Shown here: piece after piece, positions 46,273-56,481 of the stretch
Position numbering within the stretch: position 1 is the stretch's first letter
Layout: the number at the start of each line of letters is the position of its first letter
Source of the DNA: an uncultured Azospirillaceae bacterium
Lineage (GTDB): Bacteria > Pseudomonadota > Alphaproteobacteria > Rickettsiales > UBA3002
DNA length: 64,000 nucleotides
Direction: 5' to 3'
Assembly (NCBI GenBank): GCA_964564675.1
Contig: CAZMBI010000010.1
Span: 7 to 64,006 of the forward strand
Translations under genes and position numbers: made by a program
The notes under the pieces: model-generated
The model's input: only the letters and a program-made list of their open reading frames with translations
Told to the model about the DNA's origin: nothing
The model's database searches: none

Positions 46273-47697
46273 ATGGCTAAAACATCCTCGACGTCCTCGT
46301 CATCCACGCAGAAAACCCATGCCACGGACGCCAGCGGTCTGAAAAAAATACCCAAGCCGATGATCATGGTGCGCGATAACACCGTACGCGAGAAAACGCC
46401 CGGCGACCCCGACAAGGCCACCCTGTCGATCGGCGCGGACACTACAGTCGACCTGCCGATTTACCAGGGTGTTGAAGGCCCGTCGGTGATCGACGTCACC
46501 GGCCTGTATAAGAATACCGGTTATTTCACCTACGACCCCGGTTTTTTATCCACCGCCTCCTGCGATTCGGAAATCACCTATATCGACGGCGACAAGGGTA
46601 TCCTGCGCTATCGCGGGTATGATATCGACGAACTGGCCAAGAAAAGCGATTTTCTCGAAGTCTGCTTTTTGCTGCTGCATGGCGATTTGCCCAACAAGGC
46701 GCAGAAGGAGTGGTTTGAATACCGCATGCATCACCGCACCATGGTGCACGAGCAGATTAATTTCATGTTCCGTGGCTTTCCGCGGCGTTCGCACCCGATG
46801 GCCATCATGGTCGGCGCGGTTGCCTCGCTATCGGCCTTCTACCACGACAGTTTAGATATGCACAACCCAGAAGAAAGGGAGCTGGCGGCATTCCGCATGA
46901 TTGCTAAAATGCCAACACTGGCGGCGATGTGCTATAAATACTCCATCGGCCAGCCCTTCATTTATCCCGATAATGATTTAAGCTTCGCCGAGAATTTTTT
47001 ATATATGTGTTTCGCCACGCCGTGCGAAAGCTACGAAATCAACCCGGTGCTAGCCGATGCCATGGATAAGATTTTCATCCTCCATGCCGATCATGAGCAA
47101 AATGCCTCGACCTCAACCATACGGCTAGCCGGTTCATCCGGCGCCAATCCGTTCGCCTGTATCGGCGCGGGCATCGCCTCGCTGTGGGGCCCGGCGCATG
47201 GCGGCGCCAACGAAGCGGTAATCAACATGCTGCAGGAAATCGGCGACGTCAAAAATATCCCGGAATTTATCCGCCGCGCCAAAGACAAGGACGATCCGTT
47301 CCGCCTCATGGGTTTTGGTCACCGCGTGTATAAAAATTATGACCCGCGCGCGGCGGTGCTGCGTGAATCCTGCCACGACGTGCTGGCCGAGCTCGGTCAG
47401 GAAGATGAGCCGCTGTTGAAAATCGCCCTGGAGCTGGAGCGCATCGCCCTTGAAGATGACTATTTCATCAAGCGCAAGCTGTATCCCAATGTCGATTTTT
47501 ATTCGGGCATTATCTACCGGGCGATGGGCATTCCCAACTCGTTGTTCACCGTGCTGTTCGCCGTGGCCCGCACCGCCGGCTGGGTGGCGCAGTGGAAGGA
47601 GATGATCGAAGACCCCGACATGAAGATCGGTCGCCCGCGCCAGCTTTTCATCGGGCCGACGCCGCGCAAATATGTCCCCATGTCGAAACGGAAATAG
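46273..47697 (+). CDS. gltA: Type II citrate synthase with N-terminal extension
   Basis: [55 protein letters not shown]. Confidence 0.98.
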   Translation: MAKTSSTSSSSTQKTHATDASGLKKIPKPMIMVRDNTVREKTPGDPDKATLSIGADTTVDLPIYQGVEGPSVIDVTGLYKNTGYFTYDPGFLSTASCDSEITYIDGDKGILRYRGYDIDELAKKSDFLEVCFLLLHGDLPNKAQKEWFEYRMHHRTMVHEQINFMFRGFPRRSHPMAIMVGAVASLSAFYHDSLDMHNPEERELAAFRMIAKMPTLAAMCYKYSIGQPFIYPDNDLSFAENFLYMCFATPCESYEINPVLADAMDKIFILHADHEQNASTSTIRLAGSSGANPFACIGAGIASLWGPAHGGANEAVINMLQEIGDVKNIPEFIRRAKDKDDPFRLMGFGHRVYKNYDPRAAVLRESCHDVLAELGQEDEPLLKIALELERIALEDDYFIKRKLYPNVDFYSGIIYRAMGIPNSLFTVLFAVARTAGWVAQWKEMIEDPDMKIGRPRQLFIGPTPRKYVPMSKRK

Positions 47698-47702
47698 TCG
47701 TC

Positions 47703-48002
47703 ATGCTCAACCCGTTTATCGAGCTCATCGCAAGCCTGCTACAGCTGTATAATCTTGCGATTTTTATCTGGATCATCCTTGGGCTTTTAATCCATTTCGA
47801 CGTGGTGAACCGCTATAACCGCTTTATCCAAATCGTTAAAGACACGCTGGATAAAATCATCGAGCCGGCCTTAATGCCGATCCGCCGGCTATTACACCGC
47901 CTGTTCGGGCCGATGGGCGGGCTCGATCTGTCGCCGATTATTCTGATTTTGCTGATTCAGTTTGTGCAAAACGCGCTGTACAGCTGGTTCTGGAATTTAT
48001 AG
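47703..48002 (+). CDS. YggT family membrane protein
   Basis: EPALMPIRR, GGLDLSPII; start ATG 47703. Confidence 0.9.
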   Translation: MLNPFIELIASLLQLYNLAIFIWIILGLLIHFDVVNRYNRFIQIVKDTLDKIIEPALMPIRRLLHRLFGPMGGLDLSPIILILLIQFVQNALYSWFWNL

Positions 48003-48119
48003 CACAACCAGGCAGGCGCATAGTGTCACCGCGCCGGTCAGCCACATGGTCAACCGGGTAACACGTTGCCGTTTTTGGGAAATAGTGAGCGACTTGGGGC
48101 CTTGCTTGCGATTGGTCAT
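47997..48119 (-). CDS. Possible 40-aa single-pass membrane peptide
   Basis: AAGGA SD; basic N-terminus then LTMWLTGAVTLCACLVVL. Confidence 0.4.
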   Translation of the reverse strand: MTNRKQGPKSLTISQKRQRVTRLTMWLTGAVTLCACLVVL

Positions 48120-48209
48120 GGTATCTATCCTTTTTTTCCTACTATAAGGATAAACAGTTACGGTTTTATTAATCTCAAGAGTGGGCATGCCACACGCCAT
48201 GTATCCCGC

Positions 48210-48869
48210 TCATCGCACCATCCCGTTTTCGATGTAATAGCGCCGGTCCATCTTGCCGGCGAGCTCCTGATTATGCGTGGCAATCAGGGCCGCCGCACCA
48301 TGCGCTTTGACGGTGCCCACAATCAGGTCAAACACTTCCTGCGCCAGTTCGGCATCAAGATTACCGGTGGGCTCGTCCGCCAGCAGCAGCACGGGATCGT
48401 TGATTAAGGCGCGTGCCACCGCCACGCGCTGCTGTTCGCCACCGGAAAGCTCCGCCGGACGATGCGCCAACCGGTGCGCCAGGCCAACCTGTTCCAGCAG
48501 CGCCCTAGCTTTTTCCCGCTGCGGCTTACCCGCCAGCCATTGCGGCATCATCACATTGTCGAGCACAGTAAATTCCGGCAGCAGATGGTGAAACTGATAA
48601 ACAAACCCCAGCTTCCGGTTACGCAGGGCGGTGCGCGTGCGGTCGCTGAGCCCGGCGGCCGCGATATCCTCTAAATAGACCTCGCCGCTATCCGGCAGAT
48701 CAAGCAGCCCGGCGATATGCAGCAGCGTCGATTTGCCCGAACCGCTGGGGCCGACCAGCGCGCCGGTTTCACCCGCCAGCAAACTCAGCGAGGCGCCCTT
48801 AAGCACCTCCACATTAAGCCCGCCCTGGCGGTAGGTTTTGGTGATACCGGATAGAAACAGAATGGTCAT
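48210..48869 (-). CDS. lolD: Lipoprotein-releasing ABC ATPase
   Basis: [39 protein letters not shown]. Confidence 0.93.
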   Translation of the reverse strand: MTILFLSGITKTYRQGGLNVEVLKGASLSLLAGETGALVGPSGSGKSTLLHIAGLLDLPDSGEVYLEDIAAAGLSDRTRTALRNRKLGFVYQFHHLLPEFTVLDNVMMPQWLAGKPQREKARALLEQVGLAHRLAHRPAELSGGEQQRVAVARALINDPVLLLADEPTGNLDAELAQEVFDLIVGTVKAHGAAALIATHNQELAGKMDRRYYIENGMVR

Positions 48870-48925
48870 ATATTCCCTTATTTCCTGCTACTGCGAGCCC
48901 TTTGCCCGCCGTTAACGGCTAACGG

Positions 48926-50179
48926 CTATTCATACCGCAGCGCCTCCGACGGGTTGAGACTGGCCGCCCGCCAGGCTGGATAGAGCGTCGCCAGAAACGA
49001 CAAGCCGATCGCCAGCATCACAATCACCGCCACTTCCGCCGGATCGGTCTGCGTCGGCAGGGTGGAGAGGAAATAAATATCCTCGACCAGCACTTCCTGA
49101 CCGGTGACGGCCTCAACTGCCTGCCTGACACGCTCCAGATTAGCCGCCGCCAGCAACCCCAGCACCAGCCCCAGCGCGGTGCCGATCAGCCCGATCCATG
49201 TCCCGCTTAAACAAAATACCGTCATAATGGTTTTGCGGGTAGCGCCCAGCGTGCGCAGAATCGCGATATCGGCGCCTTTGTCCTGCACCAGCATAATCAG
49301 ACTGGAAATAATATTAAACGCCGCCACCAGTACGATCAGCGCTAAAATCACCACCATAACGTTGCGCTGAATGGTTAGCGCCTGAAACAGGCTGGCATTT
49401 TTGCGCTGCCAGTTTTCCACCGCCAGATCGCCCCCGAGTTGGCGTTGCAGTTGCTGCGTCACGGCGGCGGTCTGCCTGTCTTCGGTCAGCATCACATCCA
49501 GCCGCTGAAAGGCGTTATCATACCGGAAAAATACCTGCGCCTGCTCATATGGCATGAGCACCAGGCTGCTGTCATACAGATGCATCCCCAGCGACAGCGT
49601 GCCGACCACGGGATAGGCTTTCACCCGCGGCACCATGCCGGCAATCGTCGCCCGTCCCTGAGGAGAAATCAGAGTGATGGCCTCGCCCTGCTCCAGCCGC
49701 AGGCTTTCCGCCAGCCGATCACCCAGGATGACGCCTTCGCCGGCGGTCAACGACGTCAGCTGCGATGTCTTCAGCGCCTGCGTAATATCCGGCATATCGC
49801 CGCGCCTGAGCGCATCGGCGGGTATCGCCATCACCTGCGCGCCCTGCCCCGCGCCTTCATGAGTGGCCATCACCTGCCCGGTGATTTTCGGCACCGCGGC
49901 CTTGACGCCTTCGACGGCCCGCACCGTCTGCAGCACCGGATCATCCCCGGCGATACGCCCATCGCGGTGATAGACCGAAATATGCCCGCCCAGCCCGATA
50001 AAGCGGGCCGTCATCTCCCCGCGGATGCCGTTCATCAATGACGTCACCAGAATCAGCGTCGCCACGCCGAGCATGATACCGATTACGGAAAATGCCGTAA
50101 CCACCGAGACAAAGCCTTCACGGCGCACCGGCCGCAGATACGCCCAGGCCAGCTTGCGTTCGATGGTGGTAATGGCCAT
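48926..50179 (-). CDS. lolC: Lipoprotein-releasing permease LolC/E
   Basis: GIMLGVATLI..SLMNG, VAAFNIISSL, IAILRTLGA, ATLYPAWRAA. Confidence 0.92.
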   Translation of the reverse strand: MAITTIERKLAWAYLRPVRREGFVSVVTAFSVIGIMLGVATLILVTSLMNGIRGEMTARFIGLGGHISVYHRDGRIAGDDPVLQTVRAVEGVKAAVPKITGQVMATHEGAGQGAQVMAIPADALRRGDMPDITQALKTSQLTSLTAGEGVILGDRLAESLRLEQGEAITLISPQGRATIAGMVPRVKAYPVVGTLSLGMHLYDSSLVLMPYEQAQVFFRYDNAFQRLDVMLTEDRQTAAVTQQLQRQLGGDLAVENWQRKNASLFQALTIQRNVMVVILALIVLVAAFNIISSLIMLVQDKGADIAILRTLGATRKTIMTVFCLSGTWIGLIGTALGLVLGLLAAANLERVRQAVEAVTGQEVLVEDIYFLSTLPTQTDPAEVAVIVMLAIGLSFLATLYPAWRAASLNPSEALRYE

Positions 50180-50184
50180 GCCGG

Positions 50185-51474
50185 CTATTCCGTCAAGCGA
50201 TTGAGTACATCAGTAAAGGACAGCGCTTCCTTGTGGCCACTTAAGCGCGATTTCAGCTCGACCTTGCCTTCGGCCGCACCCTTGGGCCCCACCGTCACCT
50301 GCCAGGGAAGGCCGATCAGGTCCATCCCGGCGAATTTGGCACCGCCGCGCTGATCGGTGTCATCATACAGCACCTCCACCCCGGCAGCCATCAGCGCCGC
50401 ATACAAATCATTCGCCATACGCGCGCAGACATCGTCATCGGTGCGCAAATTCAGCAGCCCGACCTTAAACGGCGCCACCGCCTCCGGCCAGACAATGCCG
50501 TATTCGTCGTGATAGGCCTCGATAATGGCGCCCACGAGTCGCGACACGCCGATGCCATAGGTGCCCATTTCCACGCGCACATTCTCGCCCTGGACATCAT
50601 TGACCGCCACTTGCATGGGATCGGTATATTTACGCCCGAGCAGGAAAATATGCCCCACTTCAATGCCGCGCGCAGTGCACAGCCGCTCCGGCGGCACGGG
50701 GCAGGTCTCGGAGTCGTGCCATTCATCGGCAGCAGCATACAGCGCGCGCATTTCCGCGCTGTCCATGCTGATAAGGCCGCGGCGGATATCGTCAAATGCC
50801 TGATCGTAATAGACCTGGCTTTCGCCGGTGTCAGCGAGTACCTGAAATTCATGGCTCAGGCTGCCGCCGATCGCCCCGCTGTCGGCAGAGACCGCGATCG
50901 CCGTCAGGCCCAGCCGTTTAAAGATGGCGTGATAGCAATCATACATCTTAGCATATTCGGCTTTGGCGTCTTCCGGCGACAGGTGAAACGAATAGCCATC
51001 TTTCATAAAAAATTCGCGGGCGCGCATGACCCCGAAACGCGGGCGCACCTCGTCGCGGAACTTCCATTGCATCTGATACAGGTTCAGCGGCAGCGATTTA
51101 TAGCTTTTCACGAAGCGGCGGAACAGATCGATCACCATCTCTTCGCAGGTCGGGCTATACAGCAACTCCCGTTCGGCGCGATCGTGAAAACGCAACAGTT
51201 CTTCGCCCATCGTGTCGTAGCGGCCGGATTCCTTCCAGCGCTCGGCCGGCTGCAGAGTTGGCATCAGCAGACGGACGCAGCCGACTTTGTCAAGCTCGTC
51301 GGCGACAATCGCTTCGATCTTGTCAAGCACGCGCAGCCCTAGCGGCAGCCAGCTATAAATCCCGGCGGCCTCCTGCGCGATCATCCCGGCGCGCAGCATC
51401 AACCGGTGCGAGACGATCTGCGCCTCGGCGGGCGTTTCTTTAAGTAGCGGCAAAAAATAACGGGACAGGCGCAT
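50185..51474 (-). CDS. proS: Prolyl-tRNA synthetase (short alphaproteobacterial form)
   Basis: [47 protein letters not shown]. Confidence 0.97.
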   Translation of the reverse strand: MRLSRYFLPLLKETPAEAQIVSHRLMLRAGMIAQEAAGIYSWLPLGLRVLDKIEAIVADELDKVGCVRLLMPTLQPAERWKESGRYDTMGEELLRFHDRAERELLYSPTCEEMVIDLFRRFVKSYKSLPLNLYQMQWKFRDEVRPRFGVMRAREFFMKDGYSFHLSPEDAKAEYAKMYDCYHAIFKRLGLTAIAVSADSGAIGGSLSHEFQVLADTGESQVYYDQAFDDIRRGLISMDSAEMRALYAAADEWHDSETCPVPPERLCTARGIEVGHIFLLGRKYTDPMQVAVNDVQGENVRVEMGTYGIGVSRLVGAIIEAYHDEYGIVWPEAVAPFKVGLLNLRTDDDVCARMANDLYAALMAAGVEVLYDDTDQRGGAKFAGMDLIGLPWQVTVGPKGAAEGKVELKSRLSGHKEALSFTDVLNRLTE

Positions 51475-51574
51475 ATTATTTGATAATTGCGGAATTGACG
51501 CAATTACAACTAAAGAAGTTATGCGACTTTAGCAAACGTTTTCGTTAGCTGCGCCGCTGGCTGAGTCTGATATC

Positions 51575-51967
51575 TCAGCGGCATTCGGGACGCACCGGCA
51601 AGTGATTCCGGTTAAGACGTGCACCGTTTAATATGGTTTCCCCGTCCTGGCGCACGGTGATGCTGCCCAGCGCGATGTCGCTGCGCGAATCGTCGTAATT
51701 ATAGGTATCATCCGCCAGATAATTCCCCACCGGTATATCCAGTCCGATAGTGACGTTGCTGAAATCCTTGGCGGTCAGCGGCGGCGGGGTGAGATCGGCC
51801 GGAGCCACTGCCCAGCCCGCGCTATCCACACCCGGCTCGTATGCCACACCCGTGGGTTGCTCGTAGGTGACAACCTGCGCGCATTCACCGTCAGACTGGG
51901 TGCTGTAGGTTGCGGCCTGCGCAATCGCGGCGCATAACAAAATCATTAAAAACAACGCCTGCTTCAT
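51575..51967 (-). CDS. Exported hypothetical protein
   Basis: Signal peptide; VAYEPGVD..G.AVAPADL motif; coupled to the upstream gene. Confidence 0.7.
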   Translation of the reverse strand: MKQALFLMILLCAAIAQAATYSTQSDGECAQVVTYEQPTGVAYEPGVDSAGWAVAPADLTPPPLTAKDFSNVTIGLDIPVGNYLADDTYNYDDSRSDIALGSITVRQDGETILNGARLNRNHLPVRPECR

Positions 51968-52188
51968 GGCATCAGTATCCCGGATTTAATAAGCCATGAT
52001 ACCATAATAGTCAGGGGAAACGCCAGCACGGTGGCGCCCAGCAATTTATAGGGCAAATAAGTACGTTTAGGCGCGGCGTGATAGCCCACGCCTTCTTCTG
52101 TTTGCGGCTGCGAGCCGATCGGCAGCAGTATAAACAGCACCACCCACCAGCCCATGATATAGATCATAATATATTCAAATGTCGTCAT
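51964..52188 (-). CDS. DUF1467 family membrane protein
   Basis: IY...WWVVLFILLPIG, AP, K...AT; usual neighbour of proS. Confidence 0.8.
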   Translation of the reverse strand: MTTFEYIMIYIMGWWVVLFILLPIGSQPQTEEGVGYHAAPKRTYLPYKLLGATVLAFPLTIMVSWLIKSGILMP

Positions 52189-52392
52189 AATACTGTTTTT
52201 CCACGGCGTTGATTCAGAGCCGGCACGCTGCCCCCTCCTGCGCAGCGCTCAATCCGGCCAGCGGGTGGCAGCGGGTAGCAATCGGCACCCTACGCATCAC
52301 TCATGACAATAGGCCATCGCCCGCCTGTTGTCACATAACTTTAACACACGCCGCCCCGCCCGTTTGGTACGCTGAAACTGGAGGAAACTCAG

Positions 52393-52881
52393 ATGAATAT
52401 ACGGCACGCATGGTCCAAAGGGGTGGATTTTGGCGGGATTGTCGGCATCGCATTGGCCGGGCTGGGCTTGCTGGTAGGCTTCGGCCCAGAAAGCAGCACC
52501 CTTGTTTTCAAGATTGCCAAGCCCGGCTTCCTCGCGATTATCCCCGAAATCGTCGCTGGTACATTAGGCGGCGCCCTGGCATTCGGCAGCCTGTTCGCCG
52601 TCAGCCATGCGGTGGTGCATAGCGTGCCCGGCCTGCGCACCCTCATGGGTGAGCCAAAAAGCCCCGGCCAGCCGGCGCCCCACAGTTTTGCCGCCGAAGT
52701 CGGCCGCGGCAAAAGCGTCGCTGAACGGATTGAACCCAAAGACATTCGCCTGGCCTCAAGCCAGCAGGTGCCCACACCGACTGGCACGCGCGAAGAGACC
52801 AATCGCCAGACCCGGCATGTGGAGAATCTGCACAATCAGCGGGAATTCATTGAAGCGCAGATGGACCAGATCAACCGTTAA
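52393..52881 (+). CDS. Hypothetical protein with two hydrophobic helices and a polar tail
   Basis: Strong GGAGG SD at 52380; 162 aa. Confidence 0.65.
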   Translation: MNIRHAWSKGVDFGGIVGIALAGLGLLVGFGPESSTLVFKIAKPGFLAIIPEIVAGTLGGALAFGSLFAVSHAVVHSVPGLRTLMGEPKSPGQPAPHSFAAEVGRGKSVAERIEPKDIRLASSQQVPTPTGTREETNRQTRHVENLHNQREFIEAQMDQINR

Positions 52882-53008
52882 AGCGCGTAATCCCGAACAT
52901 CAATCCAACTTGGAATAGTTTTTGGCGCCCAACGTAACCAGGTGCGCGAGCGGTCGATCTTGTCGAGTCACCGGGCACATAAAACAAACACGCCCTTATA
53001 CACGGGGG

Positions 53009-54673
53009 TTATTTCCCCCGGTGTATATGAATATCAAGCACCGGCTTCTTGCTGACTTCATCGCGGATAATGCGGCGGATAATCGAGCGGATACGCTCTT
53101 CCAGCACCCGCTCCTTGGCGTTTTTGCCGGTTTTTTCGGCCTCTTCCATCACCGCCTGCTGAATGGCGGCGATGATTTCCTTATCCTCCCCCGGATCCAG
53201 TACGCCGGGGCCAGCCACTTGCGGCACGCCGATCACTTTGCCGTTTTTATCCAGCACCACCGACAGCACAATACAGCCATCATCGCGCAGCTTGCGGCGG
53301 GTGCGGATCACCGGCGAGTCGGCGGAAATCAGCGACGTGCCATCAAGCGCCAGATACCCCCAGTCGACCGTGCCGACAATGCTGGCGCTGTCGGCTTTCA
53401 GCTCAATCACCGCGCCGTTGGTGGCTTCCACCGCTTCGGGCACCTGCAGTTCGCGCGCCAGCTTGGCATGTTCATGAATATGCCGCTTTTCCCCGTGTAC
53501 CGGCACCGAAATCTTCGGCCGCACCAGTTGATACATGCGCTCCAGTTCGGCGCGGCAAGGGTGCCCGGAGACATGAATCAGCGCGTCATGATCGCCGATG
53601 ACCTCAATCCCCTGTTCGGTCAGTTTATTCTGCAGCCAGTTGATTTTGGTTTCATTACCCGGAATCACCCGCGAGGAAAACACCGCCGTATCACCCGGCG
53701 CCAGTCGGATGGCGGGATGTTCGCCACGGGCGATCTTGGTCAGCGCCGAGCGGCTTTCCCCCTGACAGCCGGTACATAGGATCAGGCATTTATTGCGCGG
53801 CAAATCCATCGCCTCGCGGTCGGTCAGAAAGCTCGGCACCTCCTGCAGATAGCCGCTTTCACGCGCCGCCGCTGTAATCCGCCACAGGGACTGCCCGGCC
53901 AGCGCAACCGAACGCCCGGCCGCAAGCCCCGCCTGAATAATCGATTCCAGCCGCGTGATGTTGGACGCAAACGTCGTCACCGCCACTCGCTTTTCGCAAC
54001 CGGCAATGACATCCCTCAGATGCTGGCGCACATGTGATTCAGAACCCGATTCGCCTTCGACCATCACATTGGTTGAATCGCAAACCATGGCCAGCACGCC
54101 CTCATCACCATAGCGTTGCATCGTTTCTTCGTCGGACGTAGGCCCGACCAGCGGCTCGTGATCGAGCTTCCAGTCACCGGTATGCATCACCACGCCGGCG
54201 CGGGTGCGAATGGCGATGGCGTGCATTTCCGGGATCGAATGGGTCAGCGCCACCATCTCCAGCTGAAACGGGCCGATATCCCACGTCTTGTTATCCCTAA
54301 TCTCGTGCACCTTGACCAGATGCGAGATCCCCTCTTCTTTCAGCTTGGGCTTTAGCACAGCGGCGGTAAACGGCGTGGTGTAGACGGGGCATTCCAGATC
54401 CTGCCACAAATACCCCACCGCGCCCAGATGGTCTTCATGGGCGTGAGTGAGCACCAGCCCCAGCAAATCCTCCTTATGCTCGGCGATAAAATCGATATTG
54501 GGCAGGACAATATCCACGCCCGGCAGGTAATCGTCGGCAAAGCCGATACCGCAATCGATCATCAGCCATTTACCCTGATGGTAATACAGGTTCAGATTCA
54601 TGCCAATTTCGTTGGAACCGCCAAGCGGTACGAACAGCACACTGTCATCATAATCGGAAAAATTGAGGGCCAT
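53009..54673 (-). CDS. rnj: Ribonuclease J
   Basis: PLGG..EIGMN, THAHEDHLGA, HSIPE, TGDWK, HVSGH, PVHGE. Confidence 0.96.
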   Translation of the reverse strand: MALNFSDYDDSVLFVPLGGSNEIGMNLNLYYHQGKWLMIDCGIGFADDYLPGVDIVLPNIDFIAEHKEDLLGLVLTHAHEDHLGAVGYLWQDLECPVYTTPFTAAVLKPKLKEEGISHLVKVHEIRDNKTWDIGPFQLEMVALTHSIPEMHAIAIRTRAGVVMHTGDWKLDHEPLVGPTSDEETMQRYGDEGVLAMVCDSTNVMVEGESGSESHVRQHLRDVIAGCEKRVAVTTFASNITRLESIIQAGLAAGRSVALAGQSLWRITAAARESGYLQEVPSFLTDREAMDLPRNKCLILCTGCQGESRSALTKIARGEHPAIRLAPGDTAVFSSRVIPGNETKINWLQNKLTEQGIEVIGDHDALIHVSGHPCRAELERMYQLVRPKISVPVHGEKRHIHEHAKLARELQVPEAVEATNGAVIELKADSASIVGTVDWGYLALDGTSLISADSPVIRTRRKLRDDGCIVLSVVLDKNGKVIGVPQVAGPGVLDPGEDKEIIAAIQQAVMEEAEKTGKNAKERVLEERIRSIIRRIIRDEVSKKPVLDIHIHRGK

Positions 54674-54804
54674 GCCTGTCCTTTATGGGATGGTCATTGC
54701 AATGAGCATGCGTCGCACCGACGAAACAATCCATGGGTAAACCGGCCGGGTTGCTTCGTCAAAGCGATCGCATCTCCTTGCAATAACGGATTAATAATGC
54801 ACTA

Positions 54805-55581
54805 CTAATCTGCGTTATAGCGCGCATACATACGTTGTAAGCCGCGCATCGTCAACTCAGGATCGACCTGGTCGATGGACTCGGTGCCGTGGCCGAAGAG
54901 CCCGGCCAAACCGCCAGTTGCAACCACCCGCATATCCGGACGCGCCATCTGCTGGCGGATACGGGCGATGATGCCTTCAATCATCGCCAGGTAACCATAA
55001 TAAATCCCCGATTGCATGGCGTGCGTGGTGCTGGTGCCGATGACCGTCGCCGGCCGATGGATCCGTACACCGTGCAGCTTGGCGGCGGCTTTTTTCAGCG
55101 CCTCCAGCGAGAGATTTACGCCCGGCGTGATCACGCCGCCGACATAGGCACCATGTTCATTGACGATATCGAACGTCGTCGCCGTGCCGAAATCAATCAC
55201 AATCAGCGGCTGCCCAAACTGCGCCCAGGCCGCATAGGCATTGACCAGCCGGTCTGCGCCCAGCTCCTCCGGCCGGTCAATCAGCACCTGCATGCCATCG
55301 GCCAGCTTATCCCTCCCGACAATCAGCGGTTCGCCGGTAAAATATCTGATGGCCAGATGCCGCAGCGGAAAAATCGTATCCGGCACCACTGAAGACAGAA
55401 TCACCGCTTGCACCGCCTCCGCCGTCAGGCCCTGCTGGCTCATCAGAAACAGCAGCGTGGCGGCGTATTCGTCTTCCGTGCGATGAGGATCGGTCGCCAC
55501 GCGCCACACCGCTTCCATCGCCTCGCCGCGAAAAAGCGCGAAGCTGCTTTGGGTATTACCGACATCGATCGCTAGTAACAT
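54805..55581 (-). CDS. coaX: Type III pantothenate kinase
   Basis: LAIDVGNT, LGADR, IDFGTATT, GGVITPG, ATGG. Confidence 0.95.
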   Translation of the reverse strand: MLLAIDVGNTQSSFALFRGEAMEAVWRVATDPHRTEDEYAATLLFLMSQQGLTAEAVQAVILSSVVPDTIFPLRHLAIRYFTGEPLIVGRDKLADGMQVLIDRPEELGADRLVNAYAAWAQFGQPLIVIDFGTATTFDIVNEHGAYVGGVITPGVNLSLEALKKAAAKLHGVRIHRPATVIGTSTTHAMQSGIYYGYLAMIEGIIARIRQQMARPDMRVVATGGLAGLFGHGTESIDQVDPELTMRGLQRMYARYNAD

Positions 55582-55621
55582 AAGAGCCGTTAGCAGTTAG
55601 CGGGTAGCCGCCAAAAACACC

Positions 55622-56410
55622 TTACCCATCCAGAAACCGCACATCGCCGGCGCTGACCTGTTTGACACTGCCGTCCTGCGTCTGCAACAGCAGGCGGCCA
55701 TAATGGTCAATGCCCTGAAACGTGCCGAACAGTTCCTGATTGCCCATCACCACTTCGGTGGGAAATCCCAGCCGGTAGGCGCTTTCCACCCAGCGCTCGC
55801 GGATCGGGTCAAAGCCTTCCACCACCCATTCGTCATAACCATGAATGAAATTATAGATATAACGCGACAGCACGATCTTAGCGCTGATAATCTCCACGCC
55901 GGTTGTACGCAGGCAGGTGGCGGGAAACAGAATCCCCTCTTTGGGCGCGGAGTCGATATTGATGCCGATACCCACGGCCACCCATTGTTTGTCCTGCCCG
56001 GTTTCATCCAGCGTGGTGAAGGATTCGAGCAGAATCCCGCCGAGCTTGCGCCCGTCATACAATACGTCGTTGGGCCATTTGCATTCGATCTCGCCGTCGC
56101 CAGGAATAATCGGCTGCAAGGTATCCGCCGCTGCGACCGCCGCCACGAACGACAATTGCGAACATTCCGGCAGTCCGCACGGCGGGTGCAGTAAAATCGA
56201 GACGTATAAATTGCCTTCGGGAGAAATCCACTCGCGGCCCATGCGGCCCCTTCCCGCCGTCTGGCGCTTGGCCCAGACCACCGCGCCGTGCGAGGCGCCG
56301 CCTCCGGCTAAGCGCTTGGCTTCCTCATTGGTACTGTCGAGCACGTCGTAAGACAGCAGGTGATAATCATCCAACAGGTTTTTGCGCTTGGCCTCCATAC
56401 CGTATCCCAT
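55622..56410 (-). CDS. birA: Biotin-protein ligase (no HTH domain)
   Basis: DSTN, QTAGRGRMGR.W.SP, KWPND, KLGGIL.E. Confidence 0.95.
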   Translation of the reverse strand: MGYGMEAKRKNLLDDYHLLSYDVLDSTNEEAKRLAGGGASHGAVVWAKRQTAGRGRMGREWISPEGNLYVSILLHPPCGLPECSQLSFVAAVAAADTLQPIIPGDGEIECKWPNDVLYDGRKLGGILLESFTTLDETGQDKQWVAVGIGINIDSAPKEGILFPATCLRTTGVEIISAKIVLSRYIYNFIHGYDEWVVEGFDPIRERWVESAYRLGFPTEVVMGNQELFGTFQGIDHYGRLLLQTQDGSVKQVSAGDVRFLDG

Positions 56411-56481
56411 AATTTATTATATTGCGGGCGATTCACCTATCCGCCGCAGGCGCAGGCCAGACGGGGGTGATGCTTAAACCG

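Noticed and set aside
50509..51342. 277-aa plus-strand ORF (similar ones at 52922, 58154 and 59768)
   Set aside because: Antisense to proS, rnj, nuoM and nuoL respectively.
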